From Deltaproteobacteria bacterium HGW-Deltaproteobacteria-14 (GTDB lineage: Bacteria; Myxococcota_A; UBA9042; PHBI01), in assembly GCA_002841945.1 (NCBI GenBank), contig PHBI01000012.1, forward strand, positions 4,169 to 68,168: DNA of 64,000 nt, read 5' to 3'. The stretch's first letter is position 1; the number at the start of each line of letters is the position of its first letter. The notes below the pieces were generated by a model. It made no database searches. It saw only the letters and a program-made list of their open reading frames with translations, and was not told where the DNA came from. A program made the position numbers and the translations under genes. Positions 61,156 through 64,000 of this stretch are shown here, piece after piece.

Positions 61156-63072
61156 ATGCCCGATAGCGTCCCACAGCACGAGCAGAAGCCCACTAACACC
61201 GCGACGCCCGGCGCCCAGAGCAACGCCGGCGGCGGGGCCGGGGGGACCGGCGGTCAGACGGCGGCCCTCAAAGGGATGAGCTTCGCGGAGGGCGAAGCCG
61301 CCATGGCGCCAGCCGAGAGCGGCGGCGGTCAGGTCGGCGGGCTCGACACCTCGTCTTTCGAGCGCTGGGTGCAGAGCGCGCTCAACGGGGTGGCAGGGAC
61401 GTTCTCGGTGCCGTGCGGCGGCGTCGAGGTCAACGGCTCGCTGCGGGGACCCACGCGGACCGCGGTGAAGGGCTTCCAGAAGCACGCGAAGAAGCTCCCG
61501 GGCGGCAAGGCGCTTGGGGTGGACGGGATCGTGGGCACGCAGACCACCGCCGCGCTCGAGGGGGTGACCGCGACGACCGCGCCGACGGTGAGCGAGAAGC
61601 AGCGGCAGCTCGCGGAGAAGCCAGCGCCGAGCGGCGGCGGCGGCGGCGGCGGCGGCGCCGACGCGGGTGGCGGCGGCGCTGGAGCTGATGGCGCGGGGGC
61701 GCAGCTGGAGCCGAACGCCGTCGAGGGCGGCGACAAGCAGGCCACCGAGGGCAAGGGCGGCAAGCCCGTGGAGGACGCGCAGAAGACCGACGTCAAGCAG
61801 TCCGAGGGCGACAAGACCCCGGTGAAGCCGGGCGAGAAGCGGAGCGGCCCGGCCGGTCAGGCCGACGAGCTGCGCCAGCGCTTCCCCAAGGGGTTTCTCG
61901 TGAGCCTGTCGATCCCGGCCGCCTTCGACTCGGTCGATGACGCCTTCAACGAGGCCAAGGAGAACGGCTACAAGCACGTCGACGGCTACGCCTACAGGGC
62001 CCACTTCCCCAAGTGGGCGCCCGCCAACTCCGGCGCCGTGCAGAACGTCTGGAAGACCCTGCGCGGGGAGATGGGCAAGAAGGGCGAGAAGCTGCCCGAG
62101 AGCTACAGCGCCGCGGACTCCAAGGCGAAGGGCAAGATCCACAGCGCGATCATGGGCAGCTCGTACTGGGACGCGGTGCGCCGCACGATGTACGGCGACG
62201 ACGGGACCCTCAAGGCGCTGGCGAAGATCGCCTACGGCAACAACAAGCACATCCCGAACAGCGCCGCGAGCTACGCCAAGGAGCAGCGCGCGGTGGCCGC
62301 CGACGGCGGCGCGGTCGCGTTCGGTAAGTCCATGATCTACAACAAGAAGGGTGAGATTGCCTCGCTGGTGACCGGGACCGCGGCGGCGGTCGGTCAGGTG
62401 CTCGATCAGAACGCGCCGGCCGACGGCGCCAAGGAGGGGCAGGCGACCCAGGACGCGGCCGCGACGAAGGCCCGCTTCGTGACGATCTCCGCCCACGGCT
62501 CCTCGAAGTGGATGGGCGGCCACGGCAAGGCGTCCGCGGCGAACCTGACCAGCAAGGACGTGCCGGCCATCGTCGGCGGTATGGCGAGCGCGCTCGCGCC
62601 GGACGTGCGGGTGCGGCTCTTCGCGTGCCACACGTCCAAGGGCAAGGACGACAGCACCAAGGGCGAGGGCACTATCGCCGACGTGTTCCGCGAGGAGCTC
62701 AACAAGGCCGGCAAGACCGAAGGCGCCGTGATCGGGCACCGCGAGAGCGGCGAGACCCAGACCAACAGCACCACCCGCTTCTTCTCCGCCGGCGCGGCCG
62801 ACGGGGCCACCGACTGGGGCGCCAACGACGTGTTCACCAAGGAGTACCTGCAGGGGTTCCTCGCGGCGCGCGGCCTGACCGGCTCGGCCAACTACGAGGC
62901 CGTCAAGAAGGCCGCCAGCGCCTACTTCGGGCGCGAGGGCTGGATGGAGGACCTGAAGTCCCTCGAGGCGCTCCAGAAGAGCGTCCGTGCGCGCTGGGAG
63001 GCCGAGTACCCGGACGCGGCGGCGGTGGCCGCGGACATCAAGGGCGTGAAGGTGCCCAAGGCCAAGAAGTAA
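61156..63072 (+). CDS. Leaderless Lys-rich protein with a peptidoglycan-binding-like (PG_binding_1-type) domain, a poly-Gly linker and a C-terminal domain carrying a clan-CD caspase-like His/Cys signature.
   Basis: ATG at 61156 after GGAGAG. No hydrophobic signal peptide. WVQSALNGVAGTFSVPCGGVEVNGSLRGPTRTAVKGFQKHAKKLPGGKALGVDGIVGTQTTAALE is PG-binding-like. GGGGGGGGADAGGGG linker. ISAHGSS...RLFACHTSKG is a beta-strand + HG ... beta-strand + AC pattern. Visibly more Lys (AAG) than neighbouring genes. Confidence 0.75.
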   Translation: MPDSVPQHEQKPTNTATPGAQSNAGGGAGGTGGQTAALKGMSFAEGEAAMAPAESGGGQVGGLDTSSFERWVQSALNGVAGTFSVPCGGVEVNGSLRGPTRTAVKGFQKHAKKLPGGKALGVDGIVGTQTTAALEGVTATTAPTVSEKQRQLAEKPAPSGGGGGGGGADAGGGGAGADGAGAQLEPNAVEGGDKQATEGKGGKPVEDAQKTDVKQSEGDKTPVKPGEKRSGPAGQADELRQRFPKGFLVSLSIPAAFDSVDDAFNEAKENGYKHVDGYAYRAHFPKWAPANSGAVQNVWKTLRGEMGKKGEKLPESYSAADSKAKGKIHSAIMGSSYWDAVRRTMYGDDGTLKALAKIAYGNNKHIPNSAASYAKEQRAVAADGGAVAFGKSMIYNKKGEIASLVTGTAAAVGQVLDQNAPADGAKEGQATQDAAATKARFVTISAHGSSKWMGGHGKASAANLTSKDVPAIVGGMASALAPDVRVRLFACHTSKGKDDSTKGEGTIADVFREELNKAGKTEGAVIGHRESGETQTNSTTRFFSAGAADGATDWGANDVFTKEYLQGFLAARGLTGSANYEAVKKAASAYFGREGWMEDLKSLEALQKSVRARWEAEYPDAAAVAADIKGVKVPKAKK

Positions 63073-63208
63073 TCAGCGTCGTCGCCGGGTTGTTCAGCGC
63101 GACGCGACGCTCGGGTCGAGCCCCATCCCCCCGCGGCTGCGCCTCGTGGCGGGAGGCGTCGCGCCAAGGCCGCCCCGAGCGAGCGCCGCTCGTCGAGAGG
63201 AGAGAGCC

Positions 63209-64000
63209 ATGGGGCTGCGGATAGCGTTGACGGTGTGGATGGTGGCGGTGACGTCGGGCGGTGCGCTCGCCGCTCCGGACGTCACGTTCTGTCGCGAGGG
63301 CTGGGACCAGGCGACGACGAGCGTGACCTGCGACGTCGACGAGGCGGTCGACGAGCTCGGCGCGCTCGCCGAGCTGCCGAAGCTGCGGCGGCTGGACCTC
63401 AACCTGGGCGGGCTGAAGTCCGCCCAGGCGCTCGCCGCTCTGGGAGGGCTCGAGGAGCTCGCGCTCATCGACACCCGCGTCGCCGATCTGGCGCCGCTCA
63501 CCAAGCTCAAGCGCCTGCGCAAGCTCCACGTCGCCGGCGGCCCGCTCACCGACCTCGCCCCCCTCGCAGAGCTCGAGGGGCTCGAGGTCCTGGTCCTCGA
63601 GCGGGTCGCGGTCACCGACCTGGGGCCGCTGCGCGGGCTGAAGAAGCTGCGGCTGGTGTCGCTCACGGACACGGCCGTGGCCGATCTGGGGCCGGTCGCC
63701 GCCGCGTCTAGCGTCGAGCAGCTCGACCTCGCCGGGGGCCCGGCCGTCGACCCGGCGCCGCTCGCCGGGCTGGCGCGGCTCAGGCGCCTGTCTCTCGGGG
63801 GCGGCTGCCGGCACGCGCTCGACGCGACCGCGCGGCCCCAGCAGATCGAGGTCCTCGAGCTCGGGGCGGGCTGCGTTGGGGGCGCGAGCGATCTCGTGGG
63901 CTGGCCGAAGCTGCGCCGCGTCAAGGTCGCCGACCCCGCGCTGACGGGGCTGGGCGCGCTCGGGGCGACGGCCGGCAAGCCCGCGCGCTGGCAGTCCCTG
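63209..64000 (+). CDS. Secreted leucine-rich-repeat protein, partial; continues beyond the window end.
   Basis: ATG at 63209 after GAGAGGAGAGAG. Signal MGLRIALTVWMVAVTSGGALAAP. Tandem LxxLxxLxLxxTxVxDLxPL repeats (LEELALIDTRVADLAPLTKLKRLRKLHVAGGPLTDLAPLAELEGLEVLVLERVAVTDLGPL...). No stop before 64000. Confidence 0.7.
   Translation, partial: MGLRIALTVWMVAVTSGGALAAPDVTFCREGWDQATTSVTCDVDEAVDELGALAELPKLRRLDLNLGGLKSAQALAALGGLEELALIDTRVADLAPLTKLKRLRKLHVAGGPLTDLAPLAELEGLEVLVLERVAVTDLGPLRGLKKLRLVSLTDTAVADLGPVAAASSVEQLDLAGGPAVDPAPLAGLARLRRLSLGGGCRHALDATARPQQIEVLELGAGCVGGASDLVGWPKLRRVKVADPALTGLGALGATAGKPARWQSL

Overview
This window is a high-GC (about 70%) chromosomal segment that reads as Myxococcota: it carries a MYXO-CTERM-like sorting tail, myxococcal cysteine-rich repeats, and many lipoproteins with LxxC lipoboxes.

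- **1-15.8 kb:** ordinary envelope and housekeeping genes. These are a secreted HExxH/TolB-like protein, a PEGA-domain protein, lipoproteins, an alpha/beta hydrolase, an ABC-ATPase + 2x FtsX permease + LolA-like + outer-membrane (OM) protein cluster, xseB, tlyA and a DUF938 protein.
- **16-58 kb:** one large alpha-glucan (starch/pullulan/glycogen) utilisation locus. Its parts are:
  - Three GH13 alpha-amylase-family lipoproteins, a GH57 enzyme, a GH13 pullulanase and a GH15/GH63-like (alpha/alpha)6 hydrolase.
  - Non-catalytic lipoproteins with CBM20-like starch-binding domains, and proteins with glucodextranase-C-like domains.
  - A dedicated OM beta-barrel, two DUF4185 paralogs with a second OM barrel, and a malK-malE-malF-malG transporter.
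  - Two atypical kinase-like genes, one DUF4032-like and one CotH-like, plus a large myxo cysteine-rich-repeat surface protein.
  - The most novel-looking aspects of the locus:
    - A Sus-like surface starch-binding/uptake module built from CBM20 lipoproteins and a porin.
    - A shared 'CGDDPKP + D/T-rich linker' lipoprotein N-terminus on nearly all the enzymes.
    - A recurring GTAAC/GTTAC palindromic operator family.
    - DUF4185 genes co-operonic with the pullulanase.
- **58-64 kb:** an S9 peptidase, a leaderless peptidoglycan-binding protein with a caspase-like (clan CD) His/Cys signature, and a secreted LRR protein that runs off the window end.

No rRNA, tRNA, CRISPR or transposase was recognised. 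Most of the other long ORFs in the six-frame track are shadow ORFs of the kind expected at this GC content.
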